Source: Sminthopsis crassicaudata (lineage: Eukaryota). From it: a stretch of 64,000 nt of DNA. The notes under the pieces are model-generated. The model saw only the letters and a list, made by a program, of their open reading frames with translations. It was not told the origin of the DNA and did no database searches. The stretch is taken from assembly GCF_048593235.1 (NCBI RefSeq), contig NC_133619.1, positions 317,144,454 to 317,208,453 on the forward strand, written 5' to 3'. Positions 12,131 to 25,323 of the stretch are shown here, piece by piece (positions within the stretch are counted from its first letter, which is position 1; each line of letters starts with the position of its first letter). The translations under genes and the position numbers were made by a program.

Positions 12131-12769
12131 AACTTAATACATTTTTGATGGTGACGGTGGCAATGAAAAGGATACTTAAAAATGAACATTCAGAAGAAAA
12201 AAAAAAACAGAATACTCCTCAACTACTAACAATGAAGCATCAGAGTCATCTGAAGTCTTGCATTTCTCTTGGACTTTTTCAACCAAGGTTAAATTTCCCC
12301 CACAGTTATGTGTATGAAAAACAAATTTCAGCTCTTCAAAAGGAGTAAGTCAAAAAGAATTTGCTTACTTTGGTGATCTCTTTGTAGTTTGGAAAAGCTA
12401 AATATTTCATTGAGCCTAACAATCTCTTAAATCTGACCTCTCTTTTGAATGATGATATAGAAACTTCTAATAGGCTTCACCAGCTTCCACAAGAATTCCT
12501 GAGAGTGTCAAAATTCTGATGAAGATTCTTTTGGCACAATATCTCTTTTGTTTTGAATTTTCCTATTCATCTTTCCTATCCCATCCCTCACTTTGGAATT
12601 AAGAGAGAGTGTTGGTTTTAGCCAAAACCATTCCTCAGCTCACATTTTCTATTTTATGCAGCTGTTGGCCTAGTTGATAGGTCCTTTTATAACAAAGAAT
12701 ACATACAGTAATTCCAGAATGGTCAGGCAAAAAAGAGAGAGAGAGAGAAAATGAAGAGCTACAAAGATA

Positions 12770-12818
12770 TAAAAGGGGGAAGAGAAAGAGACAGAGACAG
12801 ACAAATACAAACAGACAG

Positions 12819-12900
<82 letters not shown>
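12770..12900. repeat. (GACA/AC)n + long (GA)n microsatellite
   Basis: Direct inspection; source of the SL/RE low-complexity ORFs. Confidence 0.97.
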
Positions 12901-12903
<3 letters not shown>

Positions 12904-13221
12904 AAGATGGAGATAAGGTTGGAGGGAGGGAAGGAGGGCATTTGGTATGGGAAAAGTTTTAGCTGATAGAGAAATCAGGAATTTCACACAAAAGGTAATG
13001 CTAAAACTTATCTTAGAAGGAAAACAGGATTACTAAGAGATAGTCTTGGGAAGGAGGCCAGGCATGAGGATTACCATGTGAAAAACTTAAAAGATGTGAT
13101 ATTGTTGAGGTTCAAAGGAGATCCTAAAAGGTTAGGGTTGCAGACTGATATCAAGACATATCTCAAAAGAAATTGCAGACTTGAACCCAGCTCCAAGTCA
13201 AGGGACAAAGTTTATTATGAT

Positions 13222-13470
13222 TGTAACACTAATTGAAGTGGGCTAAATCCCAAAATAATTTAGCAAAGAACCAAGAGCAAGAAAACAAATCATTGACAAA
13301 ACAGACCTTGTTAGAATAATAACCTTCCTAAGGTCAGGAGACTTTAGGATCATTGACAAACAGATTGTTAGAATAATAACCTTCCTAAGGTCAGGAGACT
13401 CAGGGTTACTGCTATATTTCCCCTCGAAGTTATACCCTATCAATATGAAATGCCATGTGTGAAGAAGTTG
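13222..13470. mobile_element. Second copy of the 10699 repeat, with an internal ~60-bp tandem duplication (13288-13400)
   Basis: atcattgacaaa..cag..ttgttagaataataaccttcctaaggtcaggagact occurs twice in tandem. Confidence 0.6.
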
Positions 13471-14129
13471 CCAGAAAACTAGTTTGATTGAATCATAGAG
13501 TATGTGAAGAGGAATGATGCACAATAATCTTGGAACAATGAGCTGGAACCAGATTGTAGAAGACTTTAAATGGAAAATAGAAGAGTTTGTACTTGATCCT
13601 ACAGATAATAGGTACCCATTGGAATTTCTCAAACATAGAACTATGGTCAAATCTGAACTTTAAGAATATCACTTTGGCAGCTGTGTGGAAGATGGATTGG
13701 AGACAGAAAAGCTGAGTCAAAGCAAGACAACAAGCATATACCTAGTGTTCACTTTTTGCAAGGACTGTTCCAAATGCTAGGGATACAAACAGAAGTAAAC
13801 ATAAAGATGGTCTCTCCCTAAAGGAACTTAATTTCTAGTGGTGGAAATGATACACAAAATGGAATAAAAATGGGGCAGGGAACAGATGTACTTGCAGGGG
13901 CCAATTATAAAAGTCCCCAATCTTCTAATGGGGGGGAAATTTAAAGTTGGGAATCTTGAACCCCTCCTCAAAATATGGATCCTAAGAAGAACTTATGATA
14001 AGAGAGCCCAGGAAACTGATTGCAATAATCTAGAAAGGAGATGATGAGAATATTTGAAGGAAGCCCGGTGTAAGGAAGGCATGCATTGTAGACATGAGTT
14101 TTTTCAAAGGTCTGGAAACAGAAGTTATA

Positions 14130-14285
14130 GCATATACTATACTATACTATGCTATGCTTTGCTATACTATATTATACCATAATATACTAAACTACCATAC
14201 TTTATTATCCTATACCATAGTATATTATACCATAAATACTACAGCATATCATACTAAATTACTGCACTGTGATATAATAAATACA
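14130..14285. repeat. Degenerate pentamer (TACTA/TATAC/CATAC)n
   Basis: Direct inspection. Confidence 0.75.
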
Positions 14286-14864
14286 GAAATAGATGGCAAG
14301 CCAGTTGTACTGAAATGAAGCATGTGGGAAGTGTAATAATGTGAAATAAGATTGAAAGGTAAGTGAAAGTTGGATTTTGAGGTGGGGAAAATTTAAATGC
14401 CAAATAGAGAAGCTTGTATTTTTTCCTCTAATGTCAATAGAGTATTTCTTACTAATGATTTTGAGTAATAAAATGTTTTAAGAACATGAATTTGGCAGCT
14501 TGGAAAGGAGAAAGACTGATGGCAAGAAGACCAATTAGGAAATTATTGCAGTAATCTAGGCAAGAAGTGATGAAGTCCTAAACTACAGGATAGTCTATGG
14601 GACAAGATGGAAAAAGATAGATGCAACCTGCCAACTTATTAGAATGACATCTGAGGGAGAGAAGCAAAGATAATATTATAGCTGAGAATGGAGCAAGGAT
14701 AGAATAGTTTCTCTTCATTAACTTGTGACTGAGCTATGTAAGCTCTCTAGTAAATGCTGTTCACTGTGGTATACCATGGTAGTAGACTTTAGAGTTTGAA
14801 AAAAGATGTCTTTCCAGTAATAATAATTATTAGTACATCTTGTCTTATTAATGATGTTTTCATA

Positions 14865-15112
14865 TTGTTATTGGCTAGTCATTTTTCAGTCATATTCAAT
14901 TCTTCATGACTCTATTTGGGGTTTTGTTGGCAAGGATAGTGGAATGGTTTGTATTGCCTTTTCCAGCTCATTTTATAGATGAAAAAACTGAGGCAAATAA
15001 CTTCCTTAGTATCACATAGCTAGTAAGTGTCTAAGGCCAGATTTGAACTAATGAAGCAGAATCTTCCTGACTTCATTTCTTAGTACTCTACATTTCACCA
15101 CCCAGGTGCCCT
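14865..15112 (-). mobile_element. Mar1-type SINE
   Basis: agtcatttttcagtcatattcaattcttcatgactctatttgggg...gatgaaaaaactgaggcaa...atttgaact. Confidence 0.75.
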
Positions 15113-15951
15113 TGAAAACCACATGACCTTCAGGAATAATAACTGGCAAATGGTCTGCAAGCTGGAAAGGATAGGGAAGATCTATTTTATTAAAGTTCTA
15201 TTTATTTAAGCTATAAATGATTCAGCCTTTATATATGTGGTATGCCTTAATAAAACACTATGAAAGTTATGAAAGAAATATAAGGCCCTATTCTGTGCCT
15301 TCAGCCTAGCAAAAAATAATGAAAGAAAATTAATTCAAACTCTGATTTTTTGCTCCAGTTATGTTATTGGATCAGCTAAATAATATAAATTAATTGGAAA
15401 TTATCAACATTGACCATCTTGTCCAATGCTCAACTACATAAGTAAATGGCTGTGTGGCTTTGGGTAGGTCCTTTGTCTTTCAAGTTCTCACTTGCTTCAT
15501 GCCTAAAATGATATAACTAGACTATATGAGTTCTAAAATGTCTCTGATTCTAAACAATCCCCTTTACTTTATGTTATATGTACTCATACAGACAGTTTTT
15601 GTTCTATATCTTTAGTCTTATGAGGGGGAAATCATAATTTAATAATCTCTTAAATTACTGCATCATTTACTTGAAAATCTTTTTTTTTACATTTAGCTGG
15701 AAGTTTAGGTTTAAGATAAACAATTGTTTTTTTTTTAAAAAGATGTCCAAGGAAAGATGGAAAAGTTAAACACACAGATAACCCAAAGACTTCCTCTGTC
15801 TCATCTGCTGTGTGCCAGGGCAATATGTTGATTACCAGGTCACAGCAAGAAGCAATAATAATTGCTTCCATTTAAAAAAATCTTTCCTTCCTCCTTTGTG
15901 AAGTTAGCTAGAGACTGGACAAAAGGAGGCAGTTTCCAGGACCCTCAACAT

Positions 15952-16145
15952 TCAAAGGTTCTTAATTTGAGTTTTGTGAAAATTTTATCTATGTCAGAAC
16001 TGCAGGTCAATGAACATAATTGGTTTCTTCTTCAATCCTGTATATTTTACTTCTTGCATTTAAATATTTTATACTGAGAAAGGATCCATTAATTTATCCA
16101 AACTATCAATGAAATCTAGGATGCAAAAAAGGTTAAGAACCTCTG
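15952..16145. mobile_element. hAT/Charlie-type MITE
   Basis: Terminal inverted repeats caaaggttcttaa / ttaagaacctctg. Confidence 0.6.
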
Positions 16146-17889
16146 GGTTAGATCATCCTTACTTGAGATAATGAGACCCTGGATAATAAAGAAATGACCA
16201 GGGGAAAAAAATCTTGGCTACAATACTAAGGATTTGTAGTCTTTCCTTGGGCACAAATCTTTCCTTGTAGTCAGTAGGATTTCAATTGGATTTTTGAAAT
16301 TCTCAGGCCAATGAAAGCCACCTTTCTCTCAATAATAACAGTTGAAGATATTCAGGACATCCTGAAAGATCAGGAAATCCTTACTACACACATCAGTCAG
16401 AGTTGAATGCTTAATTTTGTCAAGTCTCATCTTTAATTAATGCATTCTTACACACCAGCTCTTTAAAGGTCCTCCAATTATCTTTCCACCTTGATTTCAC
16501 TCCTCTCCTTCAAGTCTCCTATCTGAAGGCTGAATTATATTATTCTTCTCCAAGTCATCTTATCCTCTTCCATCCACCATTACTTGGCCACACATTTTAT
16601 TATGCCCAGACTGCCCTGATTCCACCCTTGATTTCTGAAATCTTCCTACTTTAAATACCCAGCTCAAATACCACTCTTCCATTTTAAATATCTCCAACTC
16701 CAATGATATTATCCTATTTAGAAGTTATCTATCATATATCAGAATTCAAAGCCCCACTCCTATTTATTTATCATTTAATGTAATTCAATAAATAATTATC
16801 AGATGCTTACTATCTGACAGATATTGGATAAAACATAGGGCATCAAAAAGCAAGTATTTTCTGTCCTCAAGTGTTAAGGACCATGCCTAGATGAAAGGGT
16901 AGATTAATTCTCTGAGAGCCTCCACAGCTGTGAATCATACCATCTGAAGGAGTTGCAAAGTAGCCTTTACTGACACAGAAGTCGCTTGTGGACTGGGAAT
17001 GAAATAAATTGGAGGCAGAGAGAAGAGTTTACATTGTATTGAAGATGGAACAGTGGAAACACAGCACATAAGTATAGTTGCTTAAGTAAAAAAACTCACA
17101 AAATTATTCAAAGTAACTTTTTTAAATGCTCTAATTCAAGTAATGTTTCATTTTTATATTACCTTCATTTTTAATATATATGTGTATATATATATATATA
17201 TTGTTTTATTTTATATGTATCTAAATATATATATATATGTATATGTTTCATCTACATGCATACTTCCAAGTATACATATTATATATATACATAATATGCT
17301 ACATATTATATATAGACATTATATCACATACATATATCTTTGTAATAAGAGAGAGTTTGCTGCATAAGGAGTGATCCTTATCGACTTGGGTATGTGTATG
17401 TGTATATTTAATATGTATATTAAATACGTATTTAGAATATGTATCTCTATCTAACTATCAATTCACTTTCCTATACAATAAACTATCCCTAGGAAAAGTT
17501 CAACAAAGCTAACCATAATGTAAACTCTGCACATCCACAGTCTTCCATTTTGGCAGAGTTGGAAGAGATGTATTTCCTGAACTTTAAACCAAAACCAAGC
17601 TTGGCTATTATGGTTATAAGGCATCCAGTTTTAAAATTCCCTTTGTTATTATTCTTTCTGAGGTTATTGTGCAGATGGTCAGAATGTCATTTCAGGAGGC
17701 AAAGAGTACTAGGGACGGAGGAAATCAGTAAAACTTCTTGAAGGAGGCAGAACTCAACCTGTGCTTTGAAAGAAGGTAGGGATTCTAAGAGGGAGAGGAT
17801 GTTCTTATTCTAGTTTGCACAGGGTTGGCATTGAAATGTGTTTTATTGCCTGAGGCCTAGCATAGCTAAAGACTAAGAGGCATAATTTT

Positions 17890-18127
17890 CAGCTATAGTT
17901 AGGGGTAGGTTCAAGTCATCAAGTAATTGGGAGATAATTGTTAAATTTTCATTGTGAGCATTTATACCTCAGGAATCTATAATCAATAAATCAAAGCTTA
18001 ATCCATTGCTTTGTTGATTGCCTAGACTAGTAAATTTTAACAACAAAAATTAAACTTTAAATTCCTGTACATATATTTTTCCCTCTTGTGAGTCTAAATG
18101 TTTAAAACATTTGCCAGCACGGCCTGG
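17890..18127 (+). mobile_element. MER63-like hAT element, internally deleted
   Basis: attgttaaattttcattgtgagcatttatacctcaggaatc...ttgttgattgcctagact...aaacatttgccagcac matches the recalled MER63 consensus. Confidence 0.65.
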
Positions 18128-18204
18128 TTTACCCTATAAATGTTTTTTGAGCTCAGCAAGAGCTTAATGAAATTTTACTATACTGGAGGTCTGTTGACTG
18201 TAGG

Positions 18205-18452
18205 ATAATAAATAATGAGAAGAAAGAAGAGGAAGAGGAGAAAGGAAGAAAAAAAGAAAAGAAAAGAAGTAGAAAGAAAGGGAGAAAAGGAGGAGAAGGA
18301 AAAAGGAAAGAGGAAGAAGAATAGGATAAAGAAAGAGGAATGAGGAAAAAGAGAAGGAGGAAAATAAAAAGAAGAGGAGAATGAGAAAAAGGAAGAAGAA
18401 TAGAGACAGATCAAGAAAAGGAGGAAAAATAGGAGGAAGTGGAGGGAGAGAT
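18205..18452. repeat. GA-rich low-complexity tract
   Basis: Direct inspection. Confidence 0.9.
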
Positions 18453-19197
18453 GTAATGGCAATGGGCATTTATATAGTGCTTTAAGATTTGCAAAGTGCT
18501 TTATCACTCCTCTGGATTTCATCATGCCCCAGATATATCCTGCAATGTGGCTACATTCCTAGACAGCCTACCTTCTTACTCCCTTTTGTTCTGAGAGCCC
18601 CTACATCCCTCTGATTGGAGGACAAAGACTTCTCTTTCCAGAACCTTTCATTTAAGGAGAGAGTTTGGTCAGCTAAGGGTTCATTTACCAACCAATGCTT
18701 TTTCTATTGCCTAAACTGAACTCCCTAAGAGCATAGACTACTTTTTCCCTTTTTTTAATCCCCAAAACTTAACACAGTGTCTGGCACATAGTAGGCATTC
18801 AATAAATGTTTCTTGATTAACTGTCTCTACATTCATCATCTCATATGAACCTTAGCAGGCAGAAAGGGTCTTAATCTGTCTTAATGGACTGTAATATGAT
18901 ATTAAAGAAATAACAACTCTTTGAAGTATTCTATTATAGATATGAACAGCTCATCTCCCATATTATAAGGTCCTTAGGGGCATCTTCTGCCCCTTATTTG
19001 CCTTCATAATTTCCCCAGTGCCTTTGCTCAAGCTTTAATGTTTCTTGATTAGAATCAAATGGAATATTACTTCATTGTCCTAATAAAAAAGAAATTGCAA
19101 AGCTGCCAGAGAAAACATTTTATTTTCTGTTCCCAACTGAAAAATCTTTTGAATCACCTTGAACTTTGAAGTTGATGTATCTGTTTGTCTTTCTCAG

Positions 19198-19321
19198 GCA
19201 CTATGTCTAACATACTGAAGAGTCAAATGCCTTGGCCAGTGGTTGTGGCAGGTTTGCTTTTTATATGCGTTTTCCTATTTGGCCTTGGAATAAGAAAGTG
19301 GTATCAATACTGGAAGGAAAT
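19198..19321 (+). CDS. CD96: CD96 transmembrane exon (TMSNILKSQMPWPVVVAGLLFICVFLFGLGIRKWYQYWKE-I)
   Basis: gtctttctcag acceptor, AT|gtgagt donor, 124 nt, phase 1-2. Hydrophobic helix closely matches recalled human MSWPVIVAALLFCCMILFGLGVRKWCQYQKEI. Confidence 0.93.
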
Positions 19322-19439
19322 GTGAGTACTCTATCAGGAATGGGGAAAATAAATTGTTCAACATGTGGAGGGTGGTTGTACTTTTTACTTTTTATTGTCA
19401 AGATTCTTTTAAATTTACACTCAGTGGAGTACTTTGGTG

Positions 19440-19677
19440 CTGTTATTCTTGTTATTCAATATTTTCAGCTAGGTTCAACTCTTCCTGACTCCATTTTGGA
19501 ATTTTCTTGGCAAAAATACTTGAATGGTTTGCTATTTCCTTCTCCAACTCCTTTTACAGATAAGGAAATTGAGTCAAACACGGTCAAGTGATTTGTTCAG
19601 GATCACACAGCAAGTATATGTCTGAGGCTTCCTGACTTCAGGCTTGTCATTCTATCCACTGTGTTATCTAGCTGACA
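19440..19677 (-). mobile_element. Mar1-type SINE
   Basis: ttcctgactccattttggaattttcttggcaaaaatacttgaatggtttgctatttccttctcca...ttatctagctg. Confidence 0.78.
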
Positions 19678-21156
19678 ATTTTATTAATAGGAAACAAACA
19701 AGCAAAGAAACAAAAACAAACAAACAAACAAAACTAAACAAAACCAACATAAGAAAGGCAATATAAATTTCCCAGAGTCACAAAGCTAGGAACAAAGGAA
19801 TTTAGAATTCAGAGTTAGAAGCAACTGTAGATATCAAGTCTAACCCTTTTCTCCATGCACAACTTTATTTTACAATTGGGAAAATAGAGGTTTAAAAAGA
19901 TAAAGAATTGCTCAATTTTAAATTAGAAGAATTTGAACCTTAGTTCCCCTACTTTCAAATCCATATCTTTCTTCTATATGCCACAATTAATAATTACTAG
20001 TCCTAGTACAAAACAACAACCCTAATAGCGGAAGCTAAAAGCCCTACTATTACAAATTTAGAGATAATGAAATTACATTTCAGAGACCTTCCTAGAACAA
20101 TACAACTACTAAGGGTCAGAGATGTAATTTGACCTAATTCTAAGACTGGTATGTGTTTCACTATTCTACATGGTCTTCTAAGACTGTTCTCCATTTGCTT
20201 GGCCAAGTCTTAGCAGTCATTCATGTATCAGGCTGAACAAATCAGTGTGCATGAAATGAGAAATGAGTCTCACCTCTGTCCAAAACTTAAACTGGGTTTT
20301 CTTTTAAATCTTCATTATTTTTCATTTTCATGCATCTCTGAACAGTCTCAGCCCATCTGGGCCTGGATGTCGAAGTGTGAAATTAGGGGAGAAAGTAATT
20401 TCAAGAAAAATTTCCAGCATTTTCTCCACAAAGTGAGCTTTTAAGGGATTTTTTATATGTGGGGGGGTGAGAAAGGTGGAGAAAAGATGAAGAATTTATA
20501 TGGCCTATTCTATACCTGAAGAAATACCACATGGCACATTAGATAAAGCACAGAATCTGGAGGTAAAGGTTGGGTTCAATCCTATCTCATACATTCTTAT
20601 TAGTTGGGCAACCTATAACAAACCACTAAAAAAACTGTTTTTTTTCCTCTGCAAAATGGTGATCATAAGAATATTTACCCTATAGAGTCACACAAAATTT
20701 ATGAAGTACAAATTTAAAGTGCAAAATTTAAAGCACTATCAACTTATAAACTATTATCCTTATGTTTCAAGGGGACACTTTCCAAAACTTCTCAAGCTCT
20801 ATCCTTGCCACTTATTAAGTATCCAAGCTGAAGAATACTGCATTTGGAGTCCAAACAGTGGGGTCATATCCAATCTCTGATCCTTATTTCCTGTGTGACC
20901 CTGAGCTTATCATAATCTCTATGGGACTCAGTTTTACTTCATCAGTAAAATGAAAGGATGGGGCTAGATGACCTCAGATAGATAGATGTCTTTTGCAACT
21001 GTGGGTCTGTGATCATCTAGCAAACATCTATCAAATTTCTTGTGTTTCAATTTTCATATTTTTCAACTGAGAACAATAATAGCTACAGTTCCCATTTGAT
21101 TGGACTATTGTAAGGATAATGTAAAGTCATAATTTATATAAAGTATTAGTGTTTAT

Positions 21157-21400
21157 GTTGTTGTTGTTGTTGAGTCATGTCTATTCTTTGTGACTCCATT
21201 TGCAGTTTTCTTGGAAAAGATACTGGAGTGATTTGCCATTTCCTTCTCCAGCTCATTATACAGATGAAGAAACTGAGACAGGATTAAATAACTTGCCGAA
21301 GATCACAAGGCTTGTTAGTGTCTGAAGCCAGACACTAACAGGAAGATTAGTCTTCTTGACTCCAGGCCTACCACTCTATCTAGTACATTACCTAGCTTCC
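21157..21400 (-). mobile_element. Mar1-type SINE with (GTT)n tail
   Basis: (gtt)n gagtcatgtctattctttgtgactccatttgcagttttcttggaaaagatactggagtg...ttcttgactccaggcc. Confidence 0.8.
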
Positions 21401-22149
21401 CATTGCTATATATATGGAGGCACAACAAGGCAGTCAGGGCTTTTTCCCTGGTACTAACATGGAGGAGGGGGAGAATTATTTCTTTCAAAGAATGTCCATT
21501 CTCGTCTAGTCTACTGGCTCTCACTCCTGTAGGTTCTCATAGTCATTACTTCTTTCACCTGAAGCCCATTGTGATAAATAAAATCAGTGTAGGATCAAGA
21601 GGGGAGCAAGAATTAACAGTAAAGGCAAATGAAACTGACAGCCCCCATCCCTATTATAAATTGAGCTTTTAACCTATTCAGTTCTTACTCACCTACATGT
21701 TCCTTGGGACCTAACCTCTAGTTAACAAATCCCTTTTTCTTCTCATATTCCTTTTTCCTTCTTCATTAAAATTTAGCTGTCACTTGAATAAACACTGTCT
21801 CTTGGCCCTCTCTCCAAGATGAACTTTCCTTCTCTAATGTCCTTTGATGTCCAATACCAAAAAGTGATAAAGTCCTTGCTCTCCCTCATACATTCAACTT
21901 TTTCTTCCACCAACAACATTCTGCAACCATTTCTCCCTTAAATTCATCCTTATAGCTATTATTTATGGAATTCTAGGATGCTCCATCTTCTTCCCAGGAA
22001 GTTCAGTACCTGACTCACAATCTTCTTCCCCATCCTAATACATTTCAAACTTTTAGACATTCTTCTAACTATTAATATCTCACAGTCTCTATTTCTATTT
22101 CAGCAGTCTACTTCAACTGTGCATGCTTAAAATGATCATACTTTAGACC

Positions 22150-22370
22150 AGTAGTTTCAAACTCAAATACAAAAGGGGAACACTAAATAGTACATAAGGA
22201 TCCTTGTAGACACATACTGTGTTAGAAAACCTTGTATTAACATTATTTATGTCCTATTGCATTTTTATTTATCTTGTTAAATATTTCCCAATTTCTTTTT
22301 AATTTAGTTCTGTCAGTCTTGGGCTGCATGTGGCTGCAGGCTGTTTGTTTGACACATATTTTAACCTATA
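22150..22370. mobile_element. hAT/Charlie-type MITE
   Basis: cagtagtttcaaactc ... gtttgacacat termini; AT-rich non-coding interior. Confidence 0.5.
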
Positions 22371-24399
22371 TTCTCTTAGTGGACAAATGCCATAGGGTCT
22401 GTGAAATTGTATGGGGGAAATGACATCATTATTTCTATTAACTTCTAAATGAAATTTAACCTTACTTTCCTTAAATTTCCTTAAATTATTTTAAAAAAAT
22501 ATTTTGAGAAAGAGTCCACAATCTCCAACAAACTGCCAAAGGGATCCATGCAACAAATCAAGAACAACTCTTAAGAGTCTTCCCTACATGCCCAATTCAA
22601 CTGAATTTTCTCTAATTATCAGAATCTTTATTTTATCACAGCTATCACAATCATCATCAGTAATAGCAGCGTATTGTTAATAATAATCCCTAAAATAAAT
22701 TCTACTATTTTGAAAAAAAAGCTCACAGTAGTTTGAAAAACAACCCACAATTAGTTCAAATTAGTAATGCATATAAAAGTTAATATATATCACCAGTTGC
22801 TATGAGAGGAGATGATGGTCCACCTTCATATAACATTATTTTTTCCCGAGTTCTCAAAGGATTTTTTACACAGTTGGAAAGCAAGCATGATTTAAAAATC
22901 TAGCTTTTATTCCTACTGTTGCCATCTAATAACTGAATGACCTGTGGAAATCATTGAAACTTTCTAAGCCTCAGTTTCCTAATTTGTAAAACAGTGCTGA
23001 TAACCATTGTTTATATCACAGTGTGATGAGGATCAAGTGAGAGTGCATTTATGAAAGTGATTTTTCCAAACATCAAAGCCTCATTGAAAGGTATTGATTG
23101 TCCCCTATAGAATACAATGTTGTCTATCCTTATATTACTGAAGTCCTATTATGATGCCTCATTATGTTGAAGGAGTAATCTCAGGTCCACATCTTAGAAG
23201 ATCATATAAATGCAGAATGTAAAGTAGATGACTTATAAGTCATTTAGTCCACATTGTACTTGAATAGCAATTACTTCTACAGAATCCCTGATAATTGGTC
23301 TTGAAAACTGCCAAAGAGAACTATTTGTCAGAAGTATTTTTTTTCTTTTCTTTTTTTTGAGAAAAAAATCTACCTGCACAATTGTTTCTATTCTTTCTTC
23401 TAGGATCAAGCAAACTAATAATTCTTCAAATAAATTATTTTCCTTTCACATGCTAAATTTTTATGCCATAACACTCAATTCCTCCAATAATCCCACTCAA
23501 CCTCCTCTGAACTTGTTGAAGTTTGCTAATGCCCTGTTCAAAACAAAAGACAATATGGCAGAAATTTGGTCCAAAGAAGGCAAATGATAGTGTAACAATT
23601 GCAATCCTATTCTGAAACAATTTGTATTATCAAATTCTAAAAAAGATCACATTGACTTTCTAACTTCCATATCACATTGTTGAATCATTTTAAACTTGCA
23701 GTCCATTACAAATATCAGATATAGATCCATATATATGGGTCGTGTTTTTCCTCTATAATATATAAACATATTTATCATATATTAAATATATCTGCAAAAA
23801 TCCACTTTAACACATTAAATACAATAAATATATTGTATATGATAATGGGAAATATACTGAAATCTTTTAAAATTCATATTTTGTCATTTAGAATTGAAGA
23901 TAGATCTGAGGTGGAATCCTACTTCAGACATGTACTAGCTAAGGACTCTGAACAACTCGATTAGCTTCAGTTTTCTCATCTGTAAAAACGGGGTTGCAAT
24001 GGCACCTACCTCACAGGATTTTTGTGAGAATCAAATGAGATATCAAATATGTAAAGTGTTTGACAAACATTAAAGTGCTATATAAATGCTAGCTATTATG
24101 TCATATGCAGCTAAGTTCATTCCTATGAATAATGAATACCATCATAAAGTGATGACATATATTCAAATTCACACTATATGAGGTTATAACTATGTAAAAT
24201 ATAGTAATAAGTTCCAGTTTGATTGAAATATGAAGTGTGAATTTGAATGATATGACCATTCATTGAGATTCATAAATTGCACTAATTGGGATCTAGCTGC
24301 ATATCTTTGAAAAGTTTGTCATAAATCCCAAGCTCTGATATAAATCCAGAACAGGACCAAAGACCAATACTTATCTTAAAGAGTATTCCATTACAGTCA

Positions 24400-24720
24400 T
24401 CATTCCAATTGACTGATCACTAATCACTTGTCTGGATATTCAATCCTTTCCAAGTCTTCCTAAATATAAATTCAGGTAAATGACATCTTTCTATCTTGTC
24501 AAGACTATCAAGTTGAGTAACCCTTTCAAATTTCCAGTCTTAGAGTGCTTCTTGAATTTTACACAATTTTCCAGAAATTACTAATATATTCTTCAGAAAT
24601 CATATCAGCAGATTCCATCAGTACCCTGGGAGGTAGTATATCTGGGCTTAGTGATCTGGAGTATTATAGATGACTAATTGGACTTCTATTTTAATTCATT
24701 TTATTGGATTTCTATTGTAT
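24400..24720 (-). mobile_element. Ancient L3/CR1 LINE fragment (probably part of a longer fragmented copy, ~23200-27900)
   Basis: ttccatcagtaccctgggaggtagtatatctgggcttagtgatctgg resembles the reverse strand of the CR1 'PGPDxxHP' RT region. Confidence 0.45.
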
Positions 24721-24869
24721 CCTAATTGTTATTAATCTGCTTGATATGATTCTCTAGGAACAAGGATTATAAATCTTGAGAAGAGGACTCAGATATGTGT
24801 ACTACAGATTGTAAATTCACTTGTTTAATCATAGGAAACTAACTAGAGGATCTCTACCTTTGTTTTAAT

Positions 24870-25323
24870 TTGTGATGACTAAGCCCAAAATGGAAGATAT
24901 TACATGGAAAAGCCCCAAGCTGTTTTTTTCCCCTCTTCTTTTCTTGTCATTCCTCTATTGCCCATTATGGGGATGGGCATGAGCACTTGACCAATGAGTG
25001 ACCCTGATTAGTAGTCTGTAGCCTAACTTTCTACCAGCCCATGTGGATATCTATTTTGAAGCCTACTAGCCCGTATGTCAAACAGTGGATTCTGGATTTT
25101 GTGTGGACTCTCCTGGAAGGTCAGAGGAANNNNNNNNNNNNNNNNNNNNNNNNNNNNNNNNNNNNNNNNNNNNNNNNNNNNNNNNNNNNNNNNNNNNNNN
25201 NNNNNNNNNNNNNNNNNNNNNNNNNNNNNNNNNNNNNNNNNNNNNNNNNNNNNNNNNNAGGATCAAAAATAAAACTGAGGCCCTGAAAGAATGGATCATG
25301 AGGAGGATCTGAGGTCCACTTCA
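24870..25323 (+). mobile_element. Possible solo LTR, interrupted by an assembly gap
   Basis: TG start, CCAAT, AATAAA after the gap, CA end. No clear target-site duplication. Confidence 0.35.
25130..25258. other. Assembly gap (N run)
   Basis: N characters. Confidence 1.

Noticed and set aside
12670-12987. SL/RE-rich ORFs here and at 18164-18525 and 52721-53266
   Set aside because: Translations of (GA)n or GA-rich low-complexity tracts.
13288-13400. Short direct repeats as a CRISPR-like or novel array
   Set aside because: Only two adjacent ~60-bp units without spacers, inside an interspersed repeat in a mammalian intron.
15778-15838. DNPKTSSVSSAVCQGNMLITR as the missing CD96 stalk exon
   Set aside because: No polypyrimidine tract before the AG, weak donor in the wrong phase, and only superficial DN..TS similarity.
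19232-19591. 119-aa ORF in the track (MASGCGRF...)
   Set aside because: Out-of-frame overlap of the real CD96 TM exon that runs on into intron and a SINE.
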